From Methanocorpusculum parvum (GTDB lineage Archaea > Halobacteriota > Methanomicrobia > Methanomicrobiales > Methanocorpusculaceae), in assembly GCA_015063085.1 (NCBI GenBank), contig SUTD01000003.1:1-32000 (forward strand): a stretch of DNA of 32,000 bases. Direction: 5' to 3'. How positions within the stretch are numbered: the first letter of the stretch is position 1; every line of letters begins with the position of its first letter. The notes beneath the pieces are model-generated. The model was not told the DNA's origin. It did no database searches and was given only the letters and a program-made list of their open reading frames with translations. The position numbers and the translations under genes were made by a program. This document shows, piece by piece, positions 18,952 to 27,255 of the stretch.

Positions 18952-19652
18952 GCTTCGCCTCCTTCCGGTCCAAGTCCCGGAATGTGCGTTTTCTTTTCAA
19001 TAAACTGGATAAGCATCATACCACCGTAGTTGAGCAGGATAAACATCAGTGCACAGGACAGATAGAGGAGCATCGGCTCTCCGGTTCTGGAGATGACCTG
19101 TGCGGTTCTGGTTAAGAGTTCGGCAACACCGATTACATATGCCACCGAGGAGTCGGTTAATAAAACCGGATATTCATTTGACCATCCCGGAAGCGAGAGA
19201 CGCAGGGTCTGCGGAAGGATGATGGAGCGGATTGCCTGCCATTTGGTCATGCCAAGAGAACGGGCGGCAAGCATCTGTCCCGAGGCAATCGATTCAATTG
19301 CTCCGCGGAAAATCTGCGACTGATATGCAGCGCTTCGCATTCCAAGAACGGTTACCGCGACAAAGAATGCGGGAAGGTCAAGCCCCATGAAGGGGAACAA
19401 AGCAAAGTAGAACAGGAAGAGTAAGACGATGTTCGGGAGACCGCGGAAGAACCAGACGTAAATCCCGACAAGTTTTTTGATAACCTTCGGACCGTATACC
19501 TGCCCTAAGGTCAGCACTATTCCGCAGACGAAGCCGATGAAGAGAGACAGAGCTACCAGAAGAAGGGTTACAAGTACGCCTTCGAGCAGATATCCTGCCG
19601 AGTTTGTCAGTGCGGAAATATCAACCATGAGAAAATCCTGTTGTTCTGCCAT
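18948..19652 (-). CDS. Polar amino-acid ABC transporter permease
   Basis: 234 aa; IFRGAIESIASGQMLAARSLGMTKWQAIRSIILPQTLRLSLPGWSNEY. Overlaps the ATPase gene by 4 nt. Confidence 0.9.
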   Translation of the reverse strand: MAEQQDFLMVDISALTNSAGYLLEGVLVTLLLVALSLFIGFVCGIVLTLGQVYGPKVIKKLVGIYVWFFRGLPNIVLLFLFYFALFPFMGLDLPAFFVAVTVLGMRSAAYQSQIFRGAIESIASGQMLAARSLGMTKWQAIRSIILPQTLRLSLPGWSNEYPVLLTDSSVAYVIGVAELLTRTAQVISRTGEPMLLYLSCALMFILLNYGGMMLIQFIEKKTHIPGLGPEGGEA

Positions 19653-19688
19653 TATTATTGGCAGTCATAGGTCAAAAAAGTGTATGGA

Positions 19689-22600
19689 TTACACTGCTTT
19701 CCACACGCCGTTTTCTTCGACAAGAAGTCCTGATGCAGAAGCGGCATCAATTCCTGCCTCAATACGCTGTTTTACCTGTGCTGTGGCCTTGAATCCAAGA
19801 GAAAGAGCGGTCTGTTTTACTAAGTCAGCCTTCGGAGTTGCGAACTGCTTTTCGAGGACAATTCTTGCGGCAAGCCCGATTTCCTCTAAGGAAACGTCTG
19901 CAATAGACCACTTGCCTTCACGCTCGCGGGCAGTGAGTTCTCCTCCTGCTATTGAGTAGAATTTTTCTGCATCGCGCGTCAGTGTTCCTTCAGCAGCAGA
20001 TGCCTCGGCAAGGTTTACAATCCGTTCCTTGATTGCCGCAGTCATTCTCGGAACAGAGCCGAGTTCTTTGACGCGGGCGATTAAGAGCGACTCGGAGATT
20101 GGACCTTCGGCTCTGACAATCTCAACGAGAGCGGTCTGCAGAACTGAGTCATGAACAGAGGCAAACTGGTTGTAGCTCTGGAGAACACAGGAATCACAGC
20201 AGACATACGGCACGAAGCATGCAGAGGAGGTTTGCATCGGAACTTCTTCCGGTAACTCTTCTTCAATCTCTTCGACTGCGTCTGCCGCTGGAATTTCCGG
20301 TTCAGCCGATAACTTCAGCGGCTCTTTCTTTGCGGCCTCCTCAAGGAAGTCTAAGAGCACTTTTGTGCATGATGCCGGATGCTGGAACCATTCCGGAGAC
20401 CAGATGCGGATAAGATTCCATCCAAGCCCTTCCAAAACCTGTCCTCTGAGGCGGTCGCGGTCGCGTGCGTCTGCGGCAGACCAGTAGAACGGTCCGTCGC
20501 AGAGAATTCCTGCCATGTAAACGCCTTCCGTTTCCGGATGGAGAACTGCCAGGTCGATTCTGAATCCTGCACAGCCGACATTTCTGGCGACCGCATAGCC
20601 TTTGTCCTCGAGCATGCGGGCAACGGTTTCCGGGAAGAGATCGGCAACATCGGAACTGATGTCCTCGCCTGCGGCAAGCGGTGCCGCATTTCTGGTCTCT
20701 GCATAGGTCAGGAATGCAGAAAGAGCCGCAACGCCGTCCGGTGTGTCAGATTCGACCGGTAAGTCGTAGCCTCTGAAGTTTGCAAAGACCACACAGCGCT
20801 CGCGGGCACGCGTGATTAAGACATTTAAGCGGCGCTCGCCGCCGGTCTGGTTGAGCGGACCGAAGTTTCTGGAAAGCCGATGGTTCTCGTCGAATCCGTA
20901 GCCGATGGATATAAGCATGGTGTCACGCTCATCACCCTGCACGGTTTCCAGATTCTTGACGAAGAAGTGTTCGCCGTTTTCAGGGCGCATGGCTGCTTCC
21001 ACATCCGGATTGTCGCGGAGGAGAATATCCACTTCGCGGCGAATCAGCTCCTGCTGACGGGTGGAGAAGGTAGCAACGCCTAACGTTTTGTTTGGGAATC
21101 TGCGGTAGTAGTCAAGGACAGCCTCGGCAACCGCTTTGGCTTCACCCCGGTTGACGCCTGCCTTTCCGCGCTCATAGACCGTATCCGGGAGATGGACAAG
21201 CGAGAGACCCAAGTCATCGGTATCGTGCATTGGAGACGGGAAGACCTGCAGCGTTCCGTCATAGAACTCCGCGTTGGAGACGGCAATCAGAGACTCATGC
21301 CGCGAGCGGTAGTGCCAGCGAAGCCGTTTGGTAACAAACGACTGCTTGCAGACATGCAGCAGGCTTTCCATATCGGTGATGCCTGCGGTACTTTCCTCCT
21401 CCTCATCGTCTTCTGCGCCGCCAATCTGATCGAAGAAGGTGGTCGGCGGAAGCTGACGGGAATCTCCCATGACAACCAACTGCCGTCCGCGCATCAGTGC
21501 CCCTAAGGCATCCTCCGGCTTGACCTGACTTGCCTCATCGAAGATGATGATATCAAACATCACCGACCGCGGGTCTAAATACTGCGCAACGGATAAGGGA
21601 CTCATCATGAAGCACGGCTTAATCTTCTGGATAAGTGAACCCGACTTGGTCATCAGAGAGCGAATCGACATGTGACCGCGTTTTCTGTTGAACTCGCCGG
21701 TTAAGACTCCCATCTCCGACTCGCGGGATGCCCCGGTGAAGAGTTCCGGAATATTTCCGTCCAGAATCTGCACGAGACGTTTTGCGTTGGATGCAACCTG
21801 CTGGCGGTCAAACTCTTTGAACGCCGCAATCTTTTGCTCATGCGGCATCTGCGAGAAGTGGGCAAGGATTGGACGCTGCTGGTATGCCTCTTTGAGGAGT
21901 GCATCGGCATAGCCGGTTAAGAATGCCGGAATCAGGGCATCATGGTCAATCTTGTCCGTTAAGATAAGCGGGAGAACCGGTGCTGCCGCAGTTCCTGCGC
22001 AGACTTCTGCGTACGCAAGCAGTTTGCTCCACTCCTCAAGCCGGTCGATGTCGGTAATCCAGATGTCAGCCTGACGCCGCATCTGGGCAAATGTCAGGTC
22101 GTCCGGAATCTCATCGATTCCCAGACGTTCATAGAGAAGGGCAGACTGTTCGCTGTGCTCCTTTGCCGCGGCTTCGAGGTCGGCAAAGAGGCCTGCCATA
22201 ACCTCCGGGTCCAGCGTCTTGTCTGCGATGCGGGATACCGTCTGCTCGGTGATTAAGCCCTCGGAAATCATGGTGCGGATGGCAGAAATCCAGTCGCGGT
22301 ACGCAGAAAGAACCGAAGCATCGGTGTCCTCACCGTTCCAGACCGGAGCAAAGAGGGAGCGGTAACTCCGTTCCTCGGAAAGCCATCCGTCCCTGTCCGT
22401 CAGATAGTTTCTTGCCTCCTTCAAATCGGAGAGAATCACATGGTCTGCCGGAAGCGAACCGCCGTAGTATCCGCGAAGCTCCTCTTTCAGCCGTTTGAAG
22501 TCGCCGGAGAAGAGTTTGCTGATGACGTTCTTCTCCGAGTACTTCATGAACTCGGAGTAGAGGCGGGCAGGGTTTCTGGCGAAAATCTCCGGCGTGAAGA

Positions 22601-24395
22601 TGCCGAGAATCTTCTGGCGTGTCTCGGAGAGCTTCTTCATGCGGGAGATTAAGCGGTCAACCGCTTCGGTGTTGTCCCATAAGCGGTTAGCTAAAATCTC
22701 CGGCGTTGCCGTGAACTCGGAGGAAAGCGAGCGGCAGATTTCCATCATGAGCGGAACGTCCGTCTCGCTTCGCGGGATCGGAATCTCTGCCGCTTCGGAT
22801 ACGGCACGCATTGCGCAGACCAGACGCTCGATTCCGTCGCGGTAGGATACGGTGGCGTCATGAATTTCATCCCGGTCTGCGGGAAGAATCATCCCTGGTC
22901 TGGTCTCAGCCCATGGGTGCGTGGAGAGGCTTTCTCCGTCACGGAGAATGGACGGGATGTAGGATTCGATATCCGCTAATGCTGATACTGCCGCCTGATA
23001 ATCCTCCGGTGTGATTGCTGACGCATTTTCGACTGCTACCTTCGGCAGGCGGAAGTTCTTTCTGCCCGGACCGTTTTCGAACTCGTAGCGGTACTGTTCC
23101 CGGATGCCGAAGAGATCATACGGCGAGAATCCGCAGGCGCCGATTGGCTCACGCAGTTCACTGCAGTAGCCGGAAAGCTCCGTCTTCAGTGCTTCGATCT
23201 GCGTCGAGTCGCGGGAGTCAACAGCAGGAGAGGACGGATGCTGAATACAGCGTTCGAGTTCCCGGATGAACTCAACCTTCTTTGCGGTCTGGCTGTGGAG
23301 TTCCAGGCAGAAGCGGGAAAGACCGGCACTGTCCAGTCTTCGCTTGACAACTTCCAAGGCAGCCATCTTTTCGCTGACGAAGAGAACGGTCTTGCCGGAA
23401 GCAAGCATCTCTGCTATCATGTTGGCGATGGTCTGGCTTTTTCCGGTTCCCGGCGGACCTTCGACCACCAAGTTCTTTCCGGCCTTTGCCTCGCGAATGA
23501 CTGCAAGCTGCGAGGAGTCGGCATCCACGATGTTGCAGCAGTCTCCTGCTGCCTCCGGCAGGTCTACGGATTCCGCCGGGGCTTCTGCCGGGTGGAAGAT
23601 GGCGTTGATTAAGGGATTGTCCTCGATTGCAAACTCCTCGCCCCAGCTTGCCGGGTCAAGGTCCTTGAACATCACATACTTCTTGAAGCTGAAGAGGTCA
23701 AGCACGACCTCCGGGCAGAGCGTCCAGCCCTTTTCTTTGATGATTTCCTCAACAGACTCAAAGAATGCGCTGACATCGGCGGCACTTTCCGGATGCCCTA
23801 AATCCGGCAGTTCGATTCCCTGCTCGGCAAACTTGGCGGAAAGCGATAAGGAGACAACAGGATCTTCGCCTGACCAGCGCAGGGTATAGTTTTCTTTGAC
23901 TTTCTGCCGTTCCAAATCGACCGGCAGTAAGAGAAGCGGAGCTTTTAAGGGTTTGGCGGATTCGTTTTCCGTCCACTGGACAAAGCCGACGGCAAGATAG
24001 AGCGTTGGATATCCCTGCTCTTCAAAGACGGTCCGGCTTTTGTTCTGGAGGCTGTAGAGTTTCTTTCTCAGCTCAATATCGGTATAGGGAGTATCTAAGA
24101 CAAGGTCGGTATGCTTTGCGCTTTTGGAGAAGATTGGGTATTTCCAGATGTTCTTTTCTTCGGGAGCAGAAGAGGTATCCTTTTCTCCCGGCTGGAACTT
24201 CATGCCTTTCTCGTCCAAGACAAGGGATTGGTATATCTCGGCTAAGTGGGATTCGACAATCTCTATTGACCTCGCGGCAGAGGGTTTGTAGTTTAGGAGA
24301 TTATTTCGAAGAGTCAGGTCGAGCAGGCGGTTTCGCAGTTCTTCCAGATCTGATGTGCCTGTTGTCATTGTGTAGTATATGGGGGTTTGGAGCAT
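19689..24395 (-). CDS. DUF4011 / UPF1-like SF1 helicase / MTES_1575 (Vsr-like) / DUF3320 multidomain protein; putative defence or DNA-repair enzyme
   Basis: 1568 aa; N-terminal LRNRLLDLTLRNNLLNYK, Walker A VVEGPPGTGKSQTIANMI, Walker B IIIFDEASQVKPEDALGALMRGRQLVVMGDSRQLPP, NVLITRARERCVVF, Vsr-like FRIDLAVLHPETEGVYMAGILCDGPFYWSAADARDRDRLRGQVLEGLGWNLIRIWSPEWF, then a DUF3320-like C-terminus. Confidence 0.88.
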   Translation of the reverse strand: MLQTPIYYTMTTGTSDLEELRNRLLDLTLRNNLLNYKPSAARSIEIVESHLAEIYQSLVLDEKGMKFQPGEKDTSSAPEEKNIWKYPIFSKSAKHTDLVLDTPYTDIELRKKLYSLQNKSRTVFEEQGYPTLYLAVGFVQWTENESAKPLKAPLLLLPVDLERQKVKENYTLRWSGEDPVVSLSLSAKFAEQGIELPDLGHPESAADVSAFFESVEEIIKEKGWTLCPEVVLDLFSFKKYVMFKDLDPASWGEEFAIEDNPLINAIFHPAEAPAESVDLPEAAGDCCNIVDADSSQLAVIREAKAGKNLVVEGPPGTGKSQTIANMIAEMLASGKTVLFVSEKMAALEVVKRRLDSAGLSRFCLELHSQTAKKVEFIRELERCIQHPSSPAVDSRDSTQIEALKTELSGYCSELREPIGACGFSPYDLFGIREQYRYEFENGPGRKNFRLPKVAVENASAITPEDYQAAVSALADIESYIPSILRDGESLSTHPWAETRPGMILPADRDEIHDATVSYRDGIERLVCAMRAVSEAAEIPIPRSETDVPLMMEICRSLSSEFTATPEILANRLWDNTEAVDRLISRMKKLSETRQKILGIFTPEIFARNPARLYSEFMKYSEKNVISKLFSGDFKRLKEELRGYYGGSLPADHVILSDLKEARNYLTDRDGWLSEERSYRSLFAPVWNGEDTDASVLSAYRDWISAIRTMISEGLITEQTVSRIADKTLDPEVMAGLFADLEAAAKEHSEQSALLYERLGIDEIPDDLTFAQMRRQADIWITDIDRLEEWSKLLAYAEVCAGTAAAPVLPLILTDKIDHDALIPAFLTGYADALLKEAYQQRPILAHFSQMPHEQKIAAFKEFDRQQVASNAKRLVQILDGNIPELFTGASRESEMGVLTGEFNRKRGHMSIRSLMTKSGSLIQKIKPCFMMSPLSVAQYLDPRSVMFDIIIFDEASQVKPEDALGALMRGRQLVVMGDSRQLPPTTFFDQIGGAEDDEEEESTAGITDMESLLHVCKQSFVTKRLRWHYRSRHESLIAVSNAEFYDGTLQVFPSPMHDTDDLGLSLVHLPDTVYERGKAGVNRGEAKAVAEAVLDYYRRFPNKTLGVATFSTRQQELIRREVDILLRDNPDVEAAMRPENGEHFFVKNLETVQGDERDTMLISIGYGFDENHRLSRNFGPLNQTGGERRLNVLITRARERCVVFANFRGYDLPVESDTPDGVAALSAFLTYAETRNAAPLAAGEDISSDVADLFPETVARMLEDKGYAVARNVGCAGFRIDLAVLHPETEGVYMAGILCDGPFYWSAADARDRDRLRGQVLEGLGWNLIRIWSPEWFQHPASCTKVLLDFLEEAAKKEPLKLSAEPEIPAADAVEEIEEELPEEVPMQTSSACFVPYVCCDSCVLQSYNQFASVHDSVLQTALVEIVRAEGPISESLLIARVKELGSVPRMTAAIKERIVNLAEASAAEGTLTRDAEKFYSIAGGELTAREREGKWSIADVSLEEIGLAARIVLEKQFATPKADLVKQTALSLGFKATAQVKQRIEAGIDAASASGLLVEENGVWKAV

Positions 24396-24486
24396 TTAGT
24401 AGTTCGCTCTTTCGAAACAGAAGAGATGTGAAGATTCACCAAGCATACCGCAACATACTTTTTCTGTCAGCACACAATTTAGATAC

Positions 24487-25413
24487 ATGGCATATCTGGT
24501 TACCGGAGGGGCAGGGTTTATCGGCTCACATATCACCGAAGAACTCCTGAAACGCGGGGATGAAGTAATTATTCTGGATAATATGTATTCAGGACGTTTT
24601 GAGAATCTTGCGGCAAATCCAAAGGCAGTTTTTGTTGAAGGGTCGATTATGGATACTAAGATTCTCGAATCTATCTGCACAGAATATGATGTCGAAGGAA
24701 TCTTCCATTTAGCCGCTGTTGCCAGTGTGCAGAAGTCGATTGAAAATCCATCGCTTGTGCATGAGGTAAATGTTACCGGAACACTGAGTGTTTTGGAAGC
24801 CGCACGAAAGCATGGTGTCCACAAGGTAGTTCTGTCTGCAAGCGCTGCAGCATACGGAGACAACCCGGTGTTTCCCAAGCGCGAGGACATGCTTCCCGAA
24901 CCGCTTTCCCCCTATGCAGTGTCAAAAATCGCGGCAGAGATGTACTGCAAAACGTATGCAGAGCTGTATGATTTGCAGACCGTATCGCTTCGGTACTTCA
25001 ATGTGTTTGGACCAAGACAGGACCCAAACGGTGAATATGCGGCAGTGATTCCAAAGTTTACCGAAAAGATTTGTGCAGGCGAGTCGCCGACGGTGTTCGG
25101 AGACGGAAACCAGACGCGGGACTTTGTGTTCGTAAAAGATGTTGCGCGGGCAAACCTTCTCGCCATGGATTCTGCTGTCTGCGGACTGTTTAACATCGGC
25201 ACCGGAGTACAGACTTCGCTGAATGATTTAGCGAAGATGATTATGGATGCGGCAGGGGTTTCGGTTAAGATGAAGTACGAAGCGGCACGCGAAGGGGATG
25301 TAAGATACTCGGTTGCGGATATCTCGAAGGCGGAGAGGGAATTAGGATATAAGCCAGAGTGGGATTTGGGTGAGGGGGTTAAGGAGACGGTGGAGTATTT
25401 CAGAAGCCTCTGA
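24487..25413 (+). CDS. NAD-dependent epimerase/dehydratase (UDP-glucose 4-epimerase-like)
   Basis: 308 aa; YLVTGGAGFIGSHITEELLKRGDEVIILDNMYSGR, SDR catalytic YAVSK, and NVFGPRQDPNGEYAAVIPKF. Confidence 0.92.
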   Translation: MAYLVTGGAGFIGSHITEELLKRGDEVIILDNMYSGRFENLAANPKAVFVEGSIMDTKILESICTEYDVEGIFHLAAVASVQKSIENPSLVHEVNVTGTLSVLEAARKHGVHKVVLSASAAAYGDNPVFPKREDMLPEPLSPYAVSKIAAEMYCKTYAELYDLQTVSLRYFNVFGPRQDPNGEYAAVIPKFTEKICAGESPTVFGDGNQTRDFVFVKDVARANLLAMDSAVCGLFNIGTGVQTSLNDLAKMIMDAAGVSVKMKYEAAREGDVRYSVADISKAERELGYKPEWDLGEGVKETVEYFRSL

Positions 25414-25480
25414 CCTCTTTTCTTTTTTGTGCGCGTTTTGATAACAAATCAGGCGTATGTTTTCATATTGAATGAGGACA

Positions 25481-25490
25481 ATATATAATA
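25481..25490 (+). promoter_or_regulatory. Candidate TATA box for the GT2 gene
   Basis: ATATATAATA 20-25 nt upstream of the GTG starts at 25503/25509, compatible with a short-leader archaeal transcript. Confidence 0.4.
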
Positions 25491-25502
25491 TCATTATCGG
25501 GT

Positions 25503-26465
25503 GTGTTCGTGAGCGAAGAGATTGATATTGTCCGGCAGATGGAAGAAGACATCAGCAACGCGGAAAAGAAGCCGACAGTTATGGTTGCGATGCCTGCCTA
25601 TAATGAGGAACTCAGGATTGCAGAAACCGTTTCCGGCGTAAAGCCGTATGCTGATGTTGTGGTCGTTGTGGATGACGGTTCAAAGGATAAAACTGTTGCC
25701 GTTGCCGAGAAGGAAGGAGCAATGGTTCTCCGCCACAAGGTGAATAAAGGATACGGCGGAGCACTGCGGACAATTTTCCAGACAGCAAAGAAGTATAAGC
25801 CGGACATCCTGGTTATTATCGACTCAGACGGACAGCACAATCCGGCAGATGTTCCGCGGTTTGTGGCAAAGGTTGCCGAAGGATATGATGTGGTTATCGG
25901 CTCACGTTTCTTGACCGAGGAAAGCCAGAAGAAGATTCCCGGATACCGCAAACTCGGCATGAAGGTCCTGGATTCCGCGACCGTAATGGCGATGAACGGC
26001 GTTCATGTGAGTGATTCGCAGTCAGGATTTCGTGCATACACCCGCGAGGCATACAATGCAGTAAACATCTCCGGAAACGGGATGTCCGCTGGCTCAGAGA
26101 TTCTCATGCAGGTCTCCGACCGCAAGCTTTCGATTGGGGAGATTTCCATTTCCGTGCGGTATGATTTGGAGGATACGAGTTCCCAGAATCCAATCCGGCA
26201 TGGTATTTCTGTGCTGATGAATCTGATACGGTTTGTCTCTATCCGACGGCCGATGACGTTCTTTGGGATTGGCGGTGGACTGGTGTTTGTGCTTGGATGT
26301 GCTGTTGGTATCTGGGCTCTGAATATCTTTATGTCAAGCGGGGCATGGCCTGTTACGATGACGCTTGTTGGCGGACTGATTGTGATTGTTGGGTTGCTGC
26401 TGATGACCACGGGGTTGATTTTGTATTCAATTTCACAGATGGTGAATATGGTTGGTGGGAGATAA
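25503..26465 (+). CDS. GT2 glycosyltransferase with C-terminal membrane anchor (dolichyl-phosphate sugar synthase-like)
   Basis: 320 aa; VAMPAYNEELRIAETV, VVVVDDGSKDKT, DILVIIDSDGQHNPAD, VIGSRFL, and two C-terminal TM segments. Confidence 0.88.
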   Translation: MFVSEEIDIVRQMEEDISNAEKKPTVMVAMPAYNEELRIAETVSGVKPYADVVVVVDDGSKDKTVAVAEKEGAMVLRHKVNKGYGGALRTIFQTAKKYKPDILVIIDSDGQHNPADVPRFVAKVAEGYDVVIGSRFLTEESQKKIPGYRKLGMKVLDSATVMAMNGVHVSDSQSGFRAYTREAYNAVNISGNGMSAGSEILMQVSDRKLSIGEISISVRYDLEDTSSQNPIRHGISVLMNLIRFVSIRRPMTFFGIGGGLVFVLGCAVGIWALNIFMSSGAWPVTMTLVGGLIVIVGLLLMTTGLILYSISQMVNMVGGR

Positions 26466-26516
26466 GACTACCACTAAAAACAGATTTGAAATATATTCTC
26501 TATTTTAATTAAATTG

Positions 26517-26540
26517 AGATTCTAAGTACTCTCAGAATCT
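26517..26540. repeat. Short perfect inverted repeat downstream of the GT2 gene
   Basis: AGATTCT-N10-AGAATCT (26517-26523 and 26534-26540). No T-tract directly follows. Confidence 0.3.
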
Positions 26541-26601
26541 TCCTAACTAGTTTGGATAATGGTCCATATCAACGCATTTCCTTCTTAGGATTTCCAAGAA
26601 A

Positions 26602-26613
26602 AAAAAAAAACAT
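26602..26613 (-). terminator. Oligo-T terminator (minus strand) for the ATPase/nuclease operon
   Basis: A12 on the plus strand (T12 on minus) about 34 nt beyond the stop at 26647. Confidence 0.45.
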
Positions 26614-26646
26614 CACATTTACTGCACAAAAATAGAAATGGGATCT

Positions 26647-27255
26647 CTAGAATGGCATACTGTAATTATTAATACACTGATTGAAATTAACAGAACTACC
26701 TGAGCATGCTATTGACAAAAAATTATTTGGGGTGTCATTTACCCCCAATGCACGCATTGAAGTGGCTCTCTTGTGGACACGAGATGATTCAATATGATTT
26801 ATGCAGACATAATACTCCTGAAATGATGAAAGGAAGTTTTTCTGATTATAACACTCCTTAGCAACAATTTTACAGTATTCAATCAGACATTTTAAACCTT
26901 TGAGCTGTTTGGAAACTTCAATCTTATTTGCCCCACCACGTTTTAGTTCAATATATATTATACAATTTGAAATATTCATATCAGTCCCATCTACAATCAA
27001 ACAATAATCTGCGTGTTTTTCCTTGAATGGTAAGTACTTATCCAAATCACTTTTAATGAGAACATAATTATGAGGAACTTTTACAATATTTACACTATAT
27101 TGGTGACAGGAATTTGACTCAGACAAAGTAAGATTAACATATTTATCATTCAAAGAAGAAGTGTAACTCGCATTTATAAATTCAGCTTTGAAGATATTTG
27201 TTATGAGAGGTAAATCAGGATGTGGATGAGGGAGAGGAGTCATGCTTAATTCCAC
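26647..27255 (-). CDS. Predicted PD-(D/E)XK nuclease-like protein, putative effector of an ATPase-nuclease pair
   Basis: 202 aa; the segment HADYCLIVDGTDMNISNCIIYIELKRGGANKIEVSKQLKGLKCLIEY gives D83...E103-L-K105...Q117, a PD-(D/E)XK-like beta-beta-alpha core. Start is GTG at 27255 (10-nt overlap with the ATPase) or ATG at 27243. Confidence 0.6.
   Translation of the reverse strand: MELSMTPLPHPHPDLPLITNIFKAEFINASYTSSLNDKYVNLTLSESNSCHQYSVNIVKVPHNYVLIKSDLDKYLPFKEKHADYCLIVDGTDMNISNCIIYIELKRGGANKIEVSKQLKGLKCLIEYCKIVAKECYNQKNFLSSFQEYYVCINHIESSRVHKRATSMRALGVNDTPNNFLSIACSGSSVNFNQCINNYSMPF

Noticed and set aside
23266-23889. 207-aa plus-strand ORF inside the helicase gene
   Set aside because: Antisense by-product of the high-GC codon pattern; the minus strand carries the helicase Walker A region.
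24396-24890. 164-aa minus ORF antisense to the epimerase
   Set aside because: Overlaps the well-supported SDR epimerase start and has no coherent domain.
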